From positions 14,164 through 78,163 of the forward strand of contig JBBQCD010000001.1 in the NCBI GenBank assembly GCA_038318385.1: a DNA stretch of 64,000 bases. The letters run 5' to 3'. Below, one piece after another: positions 49,542 through 58,048 of the stretch; position 1 is the first letter of the stretch, and each line of letters starts with the position of its first letter. The notes beneath the pieces were generated by a model. The model saw only the letters and a program-made list of their open reading frames with translations, was not told the DNA's origin and ran no database searches. The position numbers and the translations under genes were made by a program. Origin of the DNA: Burkholderiales bacterium. GTDB lineage: Bacteria > Pseudomonadota > Gammaproteobacteria > Burkholderiales > Burkholderiaceae_C.

Positions 49542-50681
49542 ATGAACCTCCTGAACCTGACCACCTCGGCCCCGACCACGAACCACTTGGCGCCGCGTGC
49601 GTCGGTCGCCCCGGTCTCGAGACCGCTGCTCGTGGCAGCGCGCGACTGGCCCCGCGAACTGCTGGCCCGAGAACCCCGCCTGGCAATCTACGGCGCTCTC
49701 CTCCTCGTCCTGCTCGCACCGCTGGCTCTCGCCTGGGGAGTGGACGACAGAGTCCTGCGTGGGGCCAATGTCTGGCTGAAGCCGATGAAGTTCGCCGGCG
49801 CCATTGCCCTGCTGGCACTGACGACCGCCTGGTTCGTCGGCCATCTGCCGGTGTTGCAACGCTCCGCCCGCTCCATCGACCGCATCGTCTGGTTGCTGAT
49901 CGGTGCCGGCAGCTTCGAGCTCGCCTACATCGTGTTTCAGGCAGGGCTGGGCGAGGCGTCCCACTACAACGTCGGCGACGCCTGGCACGCGGCGATGTAC
50001 TCGCTGATGGGCCTGGGCGCCGTCACGCTGACGGCCACGCAGCCGATGCTGGCGTGGCAGCTCTACCGCCACCCCGACCCCTCGCTTCCCGTCGCCTATC
50101 GACAGGCGGTATTGATCGGCCTCGTCCTCACTTTTGTCCTGGGGGCCGGCGTCGGCGGCGTGCTGTCGGCGCGGCAACCGCCGGACGGCGGCGCGACGTT
50201 GCCCTTCTTCGGTTGGGCCCTGAAGGGCGGCGACCTGCGACCAGCCCACTTCCTCGGCATCCACGCGGAACAGGTGCTGCCGCTGTTCGGATTCGCCGTG
50301 GCGTCATTGCACCTGAAGGGACCCCAGCGCTGGGTCGGGTTGGCCACGGCGTTCTACGTCGCGGTGTTCGCGTTCCTGGTGACCTGGGGATTGAGCGCGA
50401 GCGACCATCCAGTGGACCCAGCCGGCCTCGCTGACCTTGAGCGCCGCGCGCAATATCGCCATCCGGGCACCGATCACCGCCACCCACGCCAGCGGGGCCA
50501 TCCGGCCCCGGCCTCACCCGGCGATTCCGCGCGCGGTCCGGGTCATCGAGGTTGCGAACCCGCGAGTGCCGCCAGCGCCACCGAAGCGACCCTCGCCACC
50601 AGCGAATCCGCTCGCGACGTCAACACGATCGGCACCTTCGCGCCGAGCACGAGCCCGGCGCATTCCGCCCCGCCGATGTAG
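49542..50681 (+). CDS. polytopic membrane protein of unknown family with a ~90-aa low-complexity tail
   Basis: The ATG at 49542 follows GGAGA. About 7 helices lie up to roughly aa 290 (WLKPMKFAGAIALLALTTAWFVG...). The tail overlaps the 3-prime end of pta on the other strand. Confidence 0.55.
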   Translation: MNLLNLTTSAPTTNHLAPRASVAPVSRPLLVAARDWPRELLAREPRLAIYGALLLVLLAPLALAWGVDDRVLRGANVWLKPMKFAGAIALLALTTAWFVGHLPVLQRSARSIDRIVWLLIGAGSFELAYIVFQAGLGEASHYNVGDAWHAAMYSLMGLGAVTLTATQPMLAWQLYRHPDPSLPVAYRQAVLIGLVLTFVLGAGVGGVLSARQPPDGGATLPFFGWALKGGDLRPAHFLGIHAEQVLPLFGFAVASLHLKGPQRWVGLATAFYVAVFAFLVTWGLSASDHPVDPAGLADLERRAQYRHPGTDHRHPRQRGHPAPASPGDSARGPGHRGCEPASAASATEATLATSESARDVNTIGTFAPSTSPAHSAPPM

Positions 50682-51493
50682 ACGAAGCTCTTGTAAAGCA
50701 GGTTGCCGGCGTTGAGATCGGGGACGACGAGCAGGTCGGCATCGCCGGCCACCTGCGAGGCGATGCCCTTGATCCGAGCTGCGTCGGCTGAAATGGCATT
50801 GTCGAAGCCGAGAGGACCTTCGACGAGCGCATCGCCGAACGCGCCAGCCCGGCCCTCCTCGACGAGCGCGGCGGCATCGACGGTCGCCTGGATCTGCGCA
50901 TTCACCGTCTCGACGGCCGCGAGGATGCCGACTTTCGGTCGGGCGATGCCGAGCGCGCTGCGCAGCAGTTCGCAGGCGTTGAAGACGATGTCGCGCTTGG
51001 TCCGCAGGTCGGGCGCGATGTTGACGACGCAGTCGGCCAGCGCGATGAGCTTGGGATAGCGCGGCGCATCGAACACGAAGACGTGGCTGATGCGCCGCCT
51101 GGCGCGAAGGCCGGTGTGGTTGCGCACCACCGCGGACATCAGCTCGTCGGTGTGCAGCGACCCCTTCATCCGCGCGCCGTTCGTATCGGCGCGAGCCAGG
51201 ACCACGGCGGCCTCCGCGGCCGCACGCGCGTCGGCCGAGGCGTCGCCGCCGGCGCTGGCGGCAACGTGGTGCTGTTCGAAGGCGGACGCGTCGATACCGG
51301 CCGCGTCGGCAGCGCGCGCGATGCGCTCGCGCACACCGATCAGCAGCGGCCGGGCGACGCCCTCGGCGGCGATCGCCTGCGCCGCCTGCAGCGCGGCGGC
51401 GTCGCAGGGATGGACGATGCCGATGGCCAGCGGGCTGCGAGCCGCCTCGGCCTTCGCCCGCGCGACGAGCGCGGCGAGCTTCGGATGGCTCAG
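50543..51493 (-). CDS. pta: phosphate acetyltransferase (PTA_PTB domain only)
   Basis: GSLHTDELM, DCVVNIAPD, LVEGPLGFDNAIS, DLLVVPDLNAGNLLYK. The conserved N-terminal block IGIVHPCDAAALQAAQAIAAEGVARPLLIG lies upstream of the first canonical start (GTG 51334). The only in-frame start-like codon upstream of it is CTG 51493, which overlaps the xsc stop. Confidence 0.8.
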   Translation of the reverse strand: MSHPKLAALVARAKAEAARSPLAIGIVHPCDAAALQAAQAIAAEGVARPLLIGVRERIARAADAAGIDASAFEQHHVAASAGGDASADARAAAEAAVVLARADTNGARMKGSLHTDELMSAVVRNHTGLRARRRISHVFVFDAPRYPKLIALADCVVNIAPDLRTKRDIVFNACELLRSALGIARPKVGILAAVETVNAQIQATVDAAALVEEGRAGAFGDALVEGPLGFDNAISADAARIKGIASQVAGDADLLVVPDLNAGNLLYKSFVYIGGAECAGLVLGAKVPIVLTSRADSLVARVASVALAALAGSQPR

Positions 51494-53310
51494 ACGTAGT
51501 CCTTGTACTTATCGAGGAAGCGCACCGGCTTGGCCAACGCGTCGCGCCGGAACGGGTCGCCGAGCTCGCGCGTGCACATGATCTCGATCACGGTCGTCTT
51601 TCCGTCCTTCATCTGCGCGTCGATCGCCTTCTTCAGAGCCGGACCGACGTCCTCAAGCTTGTCGACGACCACGCCTTCGGCGCCCATCGCCCTGGCGATG
51701 CCGGCGAAGCTCTCGCTGTCGAGTTCACCGGCGACGAAGCGGCGGTTGTAGAAGTCGACCTGGTTCTTCTTCTCGGCGCCCCACTGGCGGTTGTGGAAGA
51801 CGATGGCGGTCACGGGGATGTCGTGGCGCACGCAGGTCATGATCTCCGACATGCTCATGCCCCAGGCGCCGTCGCCGGCGTACGAGATCGCCGGACGGTC
51901 CATCGCGGCGCACTTCGCGCCGATGATCGTCGGCAGCGCGTAGCCACAGTTGCCGAAGCTCATCGGCGCGAAGAAGCTGCGCGGCTCCTCGAAGCGCAGG
52001 TAGCTGTTGGCGACCGAGTTGATGTTGCCGATGTCGGTCGACACCATGGCGCGTGGCGGCATCGCCTTCTCGAGCTCGCGCAGCACCTGGCGCGGATGCA
52101 GCCAGTTGCCCGGCTCCTTCTTCTGCTCCTCGATCATGTCGAGGCTGTACGGATCGCGCTCGTGCGTCCACTCGTCGAGCTCCTTCTCCCACGCGGCCTT
52201 CTCGGCGGCGATCTCCTTGGCGCGCGCCTCCTTGGTGGCGTCGCTCGCCAGCTTCTTGCCTTGCAGGCGCTGCAGCAGGGCCTTGGCCGAGGCCTTGGCG
52301 TCGCCGTGGATGCCGACGCTGATCTTCTTGACCAGGCCGAGATTGGTGTGATCGGCCTCGACCTGGATGATCTTCGCGTCCTTCGGCCAGTAGTCCATGC
52401 CGTGCTGCGGCAGCGTGCCGAACGGGCCCATGCGCGAACCGAGCGCGATGACGACGTCGGCCTTGGAGATCAGCTTCATCGCCGCCTTCGAGCCCTGGTA
52501 GCCGAGCGGGCCGGCCCAGAGCGGGTGGCTCGCCGGGAACGCGTCGTTGCGCAGGTAGCCGACGGCCACCGGGGCACCCAGGCGCTCGGCCAGGGCCTGG
52601 CACTCGGCCACCGCGTCGCCCATCACGACGCCACCGCCGGCCAGGATCACCGGGAACTTCGCGCTCGCCAGCAGTTCCGCGGCCGCGTCCAGGCTGTTCT
52701 CGCCGCCGGCGCCGCGCTCGACACGCATCGGCTTGGGGATCTCGCAGGTGATCTCACCGTAGAAGTAGTCGCGGGGAATGTTCAGCTGGGTCGGGCCCAT
52801 CTCGCTGATCGCGCGGTCGAAGCAGCGCGCGGTGTACTCGGCCATCCGCTTGGGGTTGTTGACGTGGCCCTGGTACTTGGTGAACTCCTGGAACATCGGC
52901 AGCTGGTTGGCCTCCTGGAAGCCGCCGAGCCCCATGCCCATCGTTCCGGTCTCGGGGGTGATCATGACGACCGGGCTGTGGGCCCAGTAGGCCGCGGCGA
53001 TCGCGGTCACGCAGTTGCTGATGCCGGGACCGTTCTGGCCGATGACCACGCCGTGACGGCCCGAGACCCGTGCATAGCCATCGGCCATGTGGCCGGCGCC
53101 CTGCTCGTGCACGACCGGGATCAGGCGGATGCCGGCCGGCGCGAAGATATCCATCGCGTCCATGAAGGCCGAACCCATGATGCCGAAGATGTCGGTCACG
53201 TTGTTGGCGACCATCGTCTCGACGAAGGCCTCGGAAGGCGTCATCTTCTGCACGCCGGTGACGGCGCGGCGGGTGGTGGCGGGCGAGACGGCGGGGGCTT
53301 TCTGGGTCAT
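51490..53310 (-). CDS. xsc: sulfoacetaldehyde acetyltransferase (ThDP enzyme)
   Basis: MTPSEAFVETMVANNVTDIFGIMGSAFMDAMD, GQNGPGISN, GGFQEANQLPMF, YAGDGAWGMS (ThDP motif GDG). The C-terminal RFLDKYKDYV is characteristic of Xsc. pta lies immediately downstream. Confidence 0.9.
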   Translation of the reverse strand: MTQKAPAVSPATTRRAVTGVQKMTPSEAFVETMVANNVTDIFGIMGSAFMDAMDIFAPAGIRLIPVVHEQGAGHMADGYARVSGRHGVVIGQNGPGISNCVTAIAAAYWAHSPVVMITPETGTMGMGLGGFQEANQLPMFQEFTKYQGHVNNPKRMAEYTARCFDRAISEMGPTQLNIPRDYFYGEITCEIPKPMRVERGAGGENSLDAAAELLASAKFPVILAGGGVVMGDAVAECQALAERLGAPVAVGYLRNDAFPASHPLWAGPLGYQGSKAAMKLISKADVVIALGSRMGPFGTLPQHGMDYWPKDAKIIQVEADHTNLGLVKKISVGIHGDAKASAKALLQRLQGKKLASDATKEARAKEIAAEKAAWEKELDEWTHERDPYSLDMIEEQKKEPGNWLHPRQVLRELEKAMPPRAMVSTDIGNINSVANSYLRFEEPRSFFAPMSFGNCGYALPTIIGAKCAAMDRPAISYAGDGAWGMSMSEIMTCVRHDIPVTAIVFHNRQWGAEKKNQVDFYNRRFVAGELDSESFAGIARAMGAEGVVVDKLEDVGPALKKAIDAQMKDGKTTVIEIMCTRELGDPFRRDALAKPVRFLDKYKDYV

Positions 53311-53416
53311 GGAGGTCTCCGGTCGGTGGTTCGAATCCGTGAAAACCGGAACGGCGGGTTCCGGATTCTGGTATCGAAGGGATCATAGGCGGCTACAGGG
53401 CCGGCGTCAACGGAAT

Positions 53417-53439
53417 TACGTTTTTCGAGACGAAACGTA
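53417..53439. promoter_or_regulatory. inverted repeat in the xsc / IclR-regulator divergent intergenic region (candidate operator)
   Basis: tacgttt-ttcgagacg-aaacgta: 7-bp arms at 53417-53423 and 53433-53439, about 37 nt upstream of the regulator ATG. Confidence 0.3.
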
Positions 53440-53475
53440 CGAATTTATGGAACCAAGCTATATCATCGCGCCAAC

Positions 53476-54303
53476 ATGAAGGTCGTTCAAGGGTTGAAAC
53501 CCGACCCCGCGGAAATGGCCGGCGACACGCCGACGATGCGCCTGTTCGCCCTGCTCGAGGTGATCGCCGCCAAGGACGAACCCTACTCCCTGCAGCGTCT
53601 GGTCGCCGAGACCGGGCTGCCCAAGCCCACACTGCACCGCATGCTCCAACAGCTCGAAGGCGCCGGCCTGCTGCAGCGCGATGGCGACGGCCGTCAATAC
53701 AGCACCGGCGTGCGCCTGCGCCGCCTGGCCGAGAACCTGCTGCTCAACGACAGCCTGCACGGTGCCCGTCACGCCGTGCTGCGCCACCTCGTCGAGGAGG
53801 TCGGCGAGAGCTGCAACATCACGGCCTTGTCAGGCAGCGAGGTGATGTACCTCGATCGGGTCGAGACCGCGGCGCCGCTGCGCTTCTACCTCCATCCGGG
53901 CTCGCGCGTGCCGGCCCACTGCTCGGCCAGCGGCAAGATCTTCCTGGCTCAGATGAGCCCGGCGCAGCGCCAGCGCCTGCTCGCCCATGCGCCGCTCGAG
54001 AAATACACGGCCAACACGCTGACCGACGCCGAGCGGCTCGAACGCGAGGTGCAGCGCGTGAAGAAGGACGGTTACGCGCTCGACGACGAGGAGTTCCTGC
54101 CCGGGCTGCTGTGCATCGCCGTCGCGGTTCCGGCCGTCGGCCCGCGCTCCAGCCTGTGCGTGGCGGTCCAGGCGCCGGTGATGCGCGCCAGCGTCGACAC
54201 CGCCCGGCGCTGGCTGCCGGCGCTGCAGCGTGCCGCCGCGGCGCTGCAGGCCATCGACGCACCGACGGCGCCGGCCGCGCCGCGCCAGCGCGACCGGGCC
54301 TGA
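53476..54303 (+). CDS. IclR-family transcriptional regulator
   Basis: [44 protein letters not shown] (wHTH). Also [33 protein letters not shown] (IclR effector domain). Confidence 0.88.
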   Translation: MKVVQGLKPDPAEMAGDTPTMRLFALLEVIAAKDEPYSLQRLVAETGLPKPTLHRMLQQLEGAGLLQRDGDGRQYSTGVRLRRLAENLLLNDSLHGARHAVLRHLVEEVGESCNITALSGSEVMYLDRVETAAPLRFYLHPGSRVPAHCSASGKIFLAQMSPAQRQRLLAHAPLEKYTANTLTDAERLEREVQRVKKDGYALDDEEFLPGLLCIAVAVPAVGPRSSLCVAVQAPVMRASVDTARRWLPALQRAAAALQAIDAPTAPAAPRQRDRA

Positions 54304-54355
54304 CGACCCGCCCCTCCGGCTTCCGGCGCTCCCCATTGAACTTCAGGATCTCACC

Positions 54356-55363
54356 GTGACCGACACCCTCGCGCTCCAACCCGACCGGATGCTCGCGGTC
54401 CGCGACGTCTTCGGCATCGACTCGGACCTGCGCGTCCCCGCCTTCGGCGAGCGCGACGAACACGTGCCCGAGGTCGATCCCGTCTACCGTTTCAATGCCG
54501 ACGTGACGCTGGCGATCCTCGCCGGGTTCACCCGCGACCGCCGGGTGATGGTGCAAGGCCTGCACGGCACCGGCAAGTCGACCCACATCGAGCAGGTGGC
54601 CGCGCGCCTGAACTGGCCGTGCGTGCGGGTCAATCTCGACGGCCACATCAGCCGGCTCGACCTGGTCGGCAAGGATGCCGTGGTGCTGCGCGACGGTCAG
54701 CAGGTCACCGAGTTCCAGGAAGGCATCGTCCCGTGGGCGCTGCAGCGCCCCGTGGCACTCGTCTTCGACGAGTACGACGCCGGCCGTCCGGACGTGATGT
54801 TCGTGATCCAGCGGGTGCTCGAGCGCGACGGCAAGTTCACGCTGATGGACCAGAACCGGGTGCTGACGCCGCATCCGTACTTTCGCCTCTTCGCCACCGC
54901 CAACACCGTGGGCCTCGGCAACCTCAACGGTCTCTACCACGGCGCGCAGCGCCTGAACCACGCCCAGATCGACCGCTGGAACATCGTCGCCTCGCTGAAC
55001 TACCTGCCCGCGGCCGAGGAAGCGGCCATCGTCCTGGCGCGCGTGCCGTCGCTCGAGGGCGTGCCAGCTCCCGCCGGCGGCGGCCGGCTGGTCGACGCGA
55101 TGGTCGCTCTCGCCAGCCTGACCCGCGCCGGATTCGCGGCCGGCGATCTGTCGACGCTGATGTCGCCGCGCACCGTGATCACCTGGGCCGAGAACATCGA
55201 GATCTTCCACGACCCGGCGCTCGCCTTGCGGCTGTCGTTCGTCAACAAGTGCGACGAGGCCGAGCGGCCGATCGTCGCCGAGTACTTCCAGCGCTGCTTC
55301 GACCGCGAACTGAAAGAGTCCTACGGTCTGGCCGCCGGGGCGGCGCCAGGTCGAACTGCGTGA
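54356..55363 (+). CDS. cobS: CobS-type AAA+ (MoxR-like) ATPase
   Basis: [44 protein letters not shown] (Walker A), [23 protein letters not shown] (Walker B), [16 protein letters not shown] start at 54356. 335 aa, the expected CobS size. Confidence 0.87.
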   Translation: MTDTLALQPDRMLAVRDVFGIDSDLRVPAFGERDEHVPEVDPVYRFNADVTLAILAGFTRDRRVMVQGLHGTGKSTHIEQVAARLNWPCVRVNLDGHISRLDLVGKDAVVLRDGQQVTEFQEGIVPWALQRPVALVFDEYDAGRPDVMFVIQRVLERDGKFTLMDQNRVLTPHPYFRLFATANTVGLGNLNGLYHGAQRLNHAQIDRWNIVASLNYLPAAEEAAIVLARVPSLEGVPAPAGGGRLVDAMVALASLTRAGFAAGDLSTLMSPRTVITWAENIEIFHDPALALRLSFVNKCDEAERPIVAEYFQRCFDRELKESYGLAAGAAPGRTA

Positions 55364-55385
55364 CAGGCCCCCACGAGGATCCCCC

Positions 55386-56408
55386 ATGACACCTGCTTCC
55401 ACGCTCCATTCCGTTGACGCACCGGTCGCCGCGCGCCGCACGCTGCTGCTCGGCGGTGCCGGCTCGCTCGGCCTGCTCGGCCTCGGCTGGCCGCACGCCG
55501 CACGCGCCCAGGCATGGCCGGCCAAGCCGGTGCGCATGGTCATCGCCTTTCCGCCGGCCGGCGCCACCGACGTGCTCGCCCGGGCGATCGCCCAGCGCCT
55601 GTCGACCCGGCTCGACCAGCAGGCGATCGTCGAGAACAAGCCGGGGGCCGGGGGCGTGCTCGGCCTCGAGGCCGCAGCGAAGTCGCCGGCCGACGGCTAC
55701 ACCGTCTTTCTGTCGGCGCTCACCAACCAGGTCATCGCCGGCCACCTCTACGGCACCGCCCGCGCCGACATCGCCCGCGACTTCGAGCCGGTGGCCCTGC
55801 TGGCCAACGCGCCGCACGTGCTCAACTGCCATCCGTCGGTGCCGGCGAAGAACGTGCACGAGCTCGTCGCCTGGCTCAAGGCCAACGACGGCAAGATCAA
55901 CTACGCCTCGCAGGGCAACGGCACGCTGTCGCACCTCGAGGCCGAGATGCTGCTGCAGCGCATCGGCGTGAAGGCGGTGCACGTGCCGTACAAGGGCAGC
56001 TCGCAGGCGCTCCCCGACCTGCTGGCCGGCAGCGTCTCGTTCATGTTCGACAGCGTCGCCGCCTCGATGGTCCACGTCAAGGCCGGCAAGCTGCGCTCGC
56101 TCGCGGTCGCGGCGAGCCAGCGAATGCCGGCGTTTCCCGATCTGCCGACCATCGCCGAGAGCGGTGTCCCGGGCTACGACGCCGACAACTGGTTCGGGCT
56201 CTTCGCGCCGAAGGGCACGCCGGCGGCAGTGGTCGCGCGGCTGCACGACGAAACCGTGAAGGTCCTGGCCGATCCCGAACTCGGCGTCGTCCTCACGCAA
56301 CTCGGCTACGTCGTCACGCCGGGCTCGGCAAAGCGCCTGGCCGAGGTGACCGCGAGCGAGATCGACAAGTGGGGCAGCGTCGTCAAGGCTGCCCAGATCA
56401 AGGTCTGA
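55386..56408 (+). CDS. Bug-family (TctC-like) tripartite tricarboxylate transporter substrate-binding protein
   Basis: Tat-like signal RRTLLLGGAG...AARA. Also VRMVIAFPPAGATDVLARAIAQ, VENKPGAGG, HVPYKGSSQALPDLLAG. Confidence 0.9.
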   Translation: MTPASTLHSVDAPVAARRTLLLGGAGSLGLLGLGWPHAARAQAWPAKPVRMVIAFPPAGATDVLARAIAQRLSTRLDQQAIVENKPGAGGVLGLEAAAKSPADGYTVFLSALTNQVIAGHLYGTARADIARDFEPVALLANAPHVLNCHPSVPAKNVHELVAWLKANDGKINYASQGNGTLSHLEAEMLLQRIGVKAVHVPYKGSSQALPDLLAGSVSFMFDSVAASMVHVKAGKLRSLAVAASQRMPAFPDLPTIAESGVPGYDADNWFGLFAPKGTPAAVVARLHDETVKVLADPELGVVLTQLGYVVTPGSAKRLAEVTASEIDKWGSVVKAAQIKV

Positions 56409-56413
56409 AGACG

Positions 56414-58048
56414 ATGACAGCCTCCTCCACCACCCGCCCGGGCGGCGCCACGCGACCCGCGGCCCCCCGCCAGGGGCGCCAGCCCGTGCACGCCCGCAAC
56501 GTCGTCGCGACGTCGCAGCCGCTGGCGTCGCAGGCTGGTGCCGCTGCGTTCGCGCGCGGCGGCAACGCAATCGATGCGGCCCTGGCCGCGGCGATCACGC
56601 TCACCGTGGTCGAACCGACGATGAACGGCATCGGTGGCGACGCCTTCGCGCTCGTCTGGGACGGCACGAAGCTGCACGGCCTGAACGCCTCGGGGCGTTC
56701 GCCGCGCGCCTGGAATCCGGGCCGCTTCGCCGGCCAGGCCGCGATGCCCGAGACCGGCTGGGAGAGCGTCACGGTGCCGGGCGTGGTCTCGGGGTGGGCG
56801 GCGCTGTCGGAGCGCTACGGCGCGCTGCCGTTCGCGGACCTCTTCGGCGAGGCCATCCGCCATGCGCACGACGGTTTTCCAGTGTCGCCGGTGATCGCCC
56901 GCCAGTGGGCGACGCAGGCCGAGCTCTTCCGCGACCAGCCGGGATTCGACGCCTTCATGCCACGCGGCCGGACGCCATGCGCCGGCGAGCTCTGGCGTTT
57001 CGAGGACCAGGCGCGCACGCTCGACGCCATCGCCCACAGCCGGGGCGAGAGCTTCTATCGCGGGGCCCTCGCCGAGGCGATCGCCACCGATGCAGCCGCA
57101 CACGGTGCGGCGCTGTCCGCCGCCGACCTCGCCGCGCATCGCTGCGCCTGGGTCGAGCCGATCGAGGTCGGTTTCCACGGCCACACGGTGCACGAGATCC
57201 CGCCGAACGGCCAGGGCATCGCCGCGCTGATGGCGCTCGGCATGCTCGAGCACCTGCCGTATGCCGAGACCGCGCCCGGCAGCGCGGCGCGGATGCACCT
57301 CGAGATCGAGGCGATCCGCATCGCCTTCGCCGACCTGCAGGCGCACGTCGCCGACCCGGAGCACATGCGCGTCACCGCGGCGCAGCTGACCGACCGCGCG
57401 TACCTGCGCGAGCGTTCACGGCTGATCGACCCGCGCCGCATCGGCCAGCACGGGCCGGGACAGCCGCCGAGCGGTGGCACGGTCTACCTGTGCGCGGCCG
57501 ATGCGCAGGGGCGGATGATCTCGTACATCCAGTCGAACTACCGCGGCTTCGGCTCCGGCGTGGTCGTCCCCGGCACCGGCATCGCGATGCACAACCGCGG
57601 CTCGGGCTTCGTCACGACGCCAGGGCATCCCAACGAGGTCGGTGGCGCGAAGCTGCCGATGCACAGCATCATCCCGGCGTTCCTGACGCGCGACGGCAAG
57701 CCGGCGATGGCGTTCGGCGTGATGGGCGGCAACATGCAAGCGCAGGGGCACGTCCAGATGGTGCTGCGCCGCGTCGTCGAGGGGCTCGATCCGCAGGCCT
57801 GCAGCGATGCGCCGCGCTGGCGCGTCAACGACGCCGCCGAACTGACGCTCGAAGCGGCGGTGGCGCCCGAGGTCGTGGCCGGGCTCGCCGAACTCGGCCA
57901 CAAGCCGCGCGTCGCCGCACCCGACAGCCTGGACTTCGGCAGCGCGCAACTCATCGTCCGGCTCGATGCCGCAACCGTCGGCGAGGACGTCCCGGCCTAC
58001 GCCGCGGGCTCCGACCATCGCCGCGACGGCCAGGCGGTGGGCTGCTGA
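56414..58048 (+). CDS. ggt: gamma-glutamyltransferase family protein (no signal peptide)
   Basis: VATSQPLASQAG, GGNAIDAA, EPTMNGIGGDAF, GGTVYLCAAD (autoprocessing Thr context), GFGSGVVVPGTGI, MGGNMQAQGHVQ. Confidence 0.9.
   Translation: MTASSTTRPGGATRPAAPRQGRQPVHARNVVATSQPLASQAGAAAFARGGNAIDAALAAAITLTVVEPTMNGIGGDAFALVWDGTKLHGLNASGRSPRAWNPGRFAGQAAMPETGWESVTVPGVVSGWAALSERYGALPFADLFGEAIRHAHDGFPVSPVIARQWATQAELFRDQPGFDAFMPRGRTPCAGELWRFEDQARTLDAIAHSRGESFYRGALAEAIATDAAAHGAALSAADLAAHRCAWVEPIEVGFHGHTVHEIPPNGQGIAALMALGMLEHLPYAETAPGSAARMHLEIEAIRIAFADLQAHVADPEHMRVTAAQLTDRAYLRERSRLIDPRRIGQHGPGQPPSGGTVYLCAADAQGRMISYIQSNYRGFGSGVVVPGTGIAMHNRGSGFVTTPGHPNEVGGAKLPMHSIIPAFLTRDGKPAMAFGVMGGNMQAQGHVQMVLRRVVEGLDPQACSDAPRWRVNDAAELTLEAAVAPEVVAGLAELGHKPRVAAPDSLDFGSAQLIVRLDAATVGEDVPAYAAGSDHRRDGQAVGC

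Noticed and set aside
53328-53338. GGTTCGAATCC, the canonical tRNA T-arm/T-loop 11-mer, in the xsc leader. I considered a tRNA gene or a tRNA-derived att remnant.
   Set aside because: The flanking bases do not complete a T-stem (ggtgg against ccgtg needs two wobbles and a mismatch). There is no acceptor-stem complement, no D-arm or anticodon arm upstream (that DNA is the xsc coding start), no CCA or discriminator context, and no integrase nearby.
55514-58048. The 844-aa and 1002-aa track ORFs (55514-58048, 56794-59802) suggest very long GGT and CobT proteins.
   Set aside because: The N-terminal extensions overlap the Bug and GGT genes in other frames and are Arg/Pro/Gly low-complexity. Conserved GGT sequence starts at ATG 56414, and CobT sequence starts just after the ggt stop.
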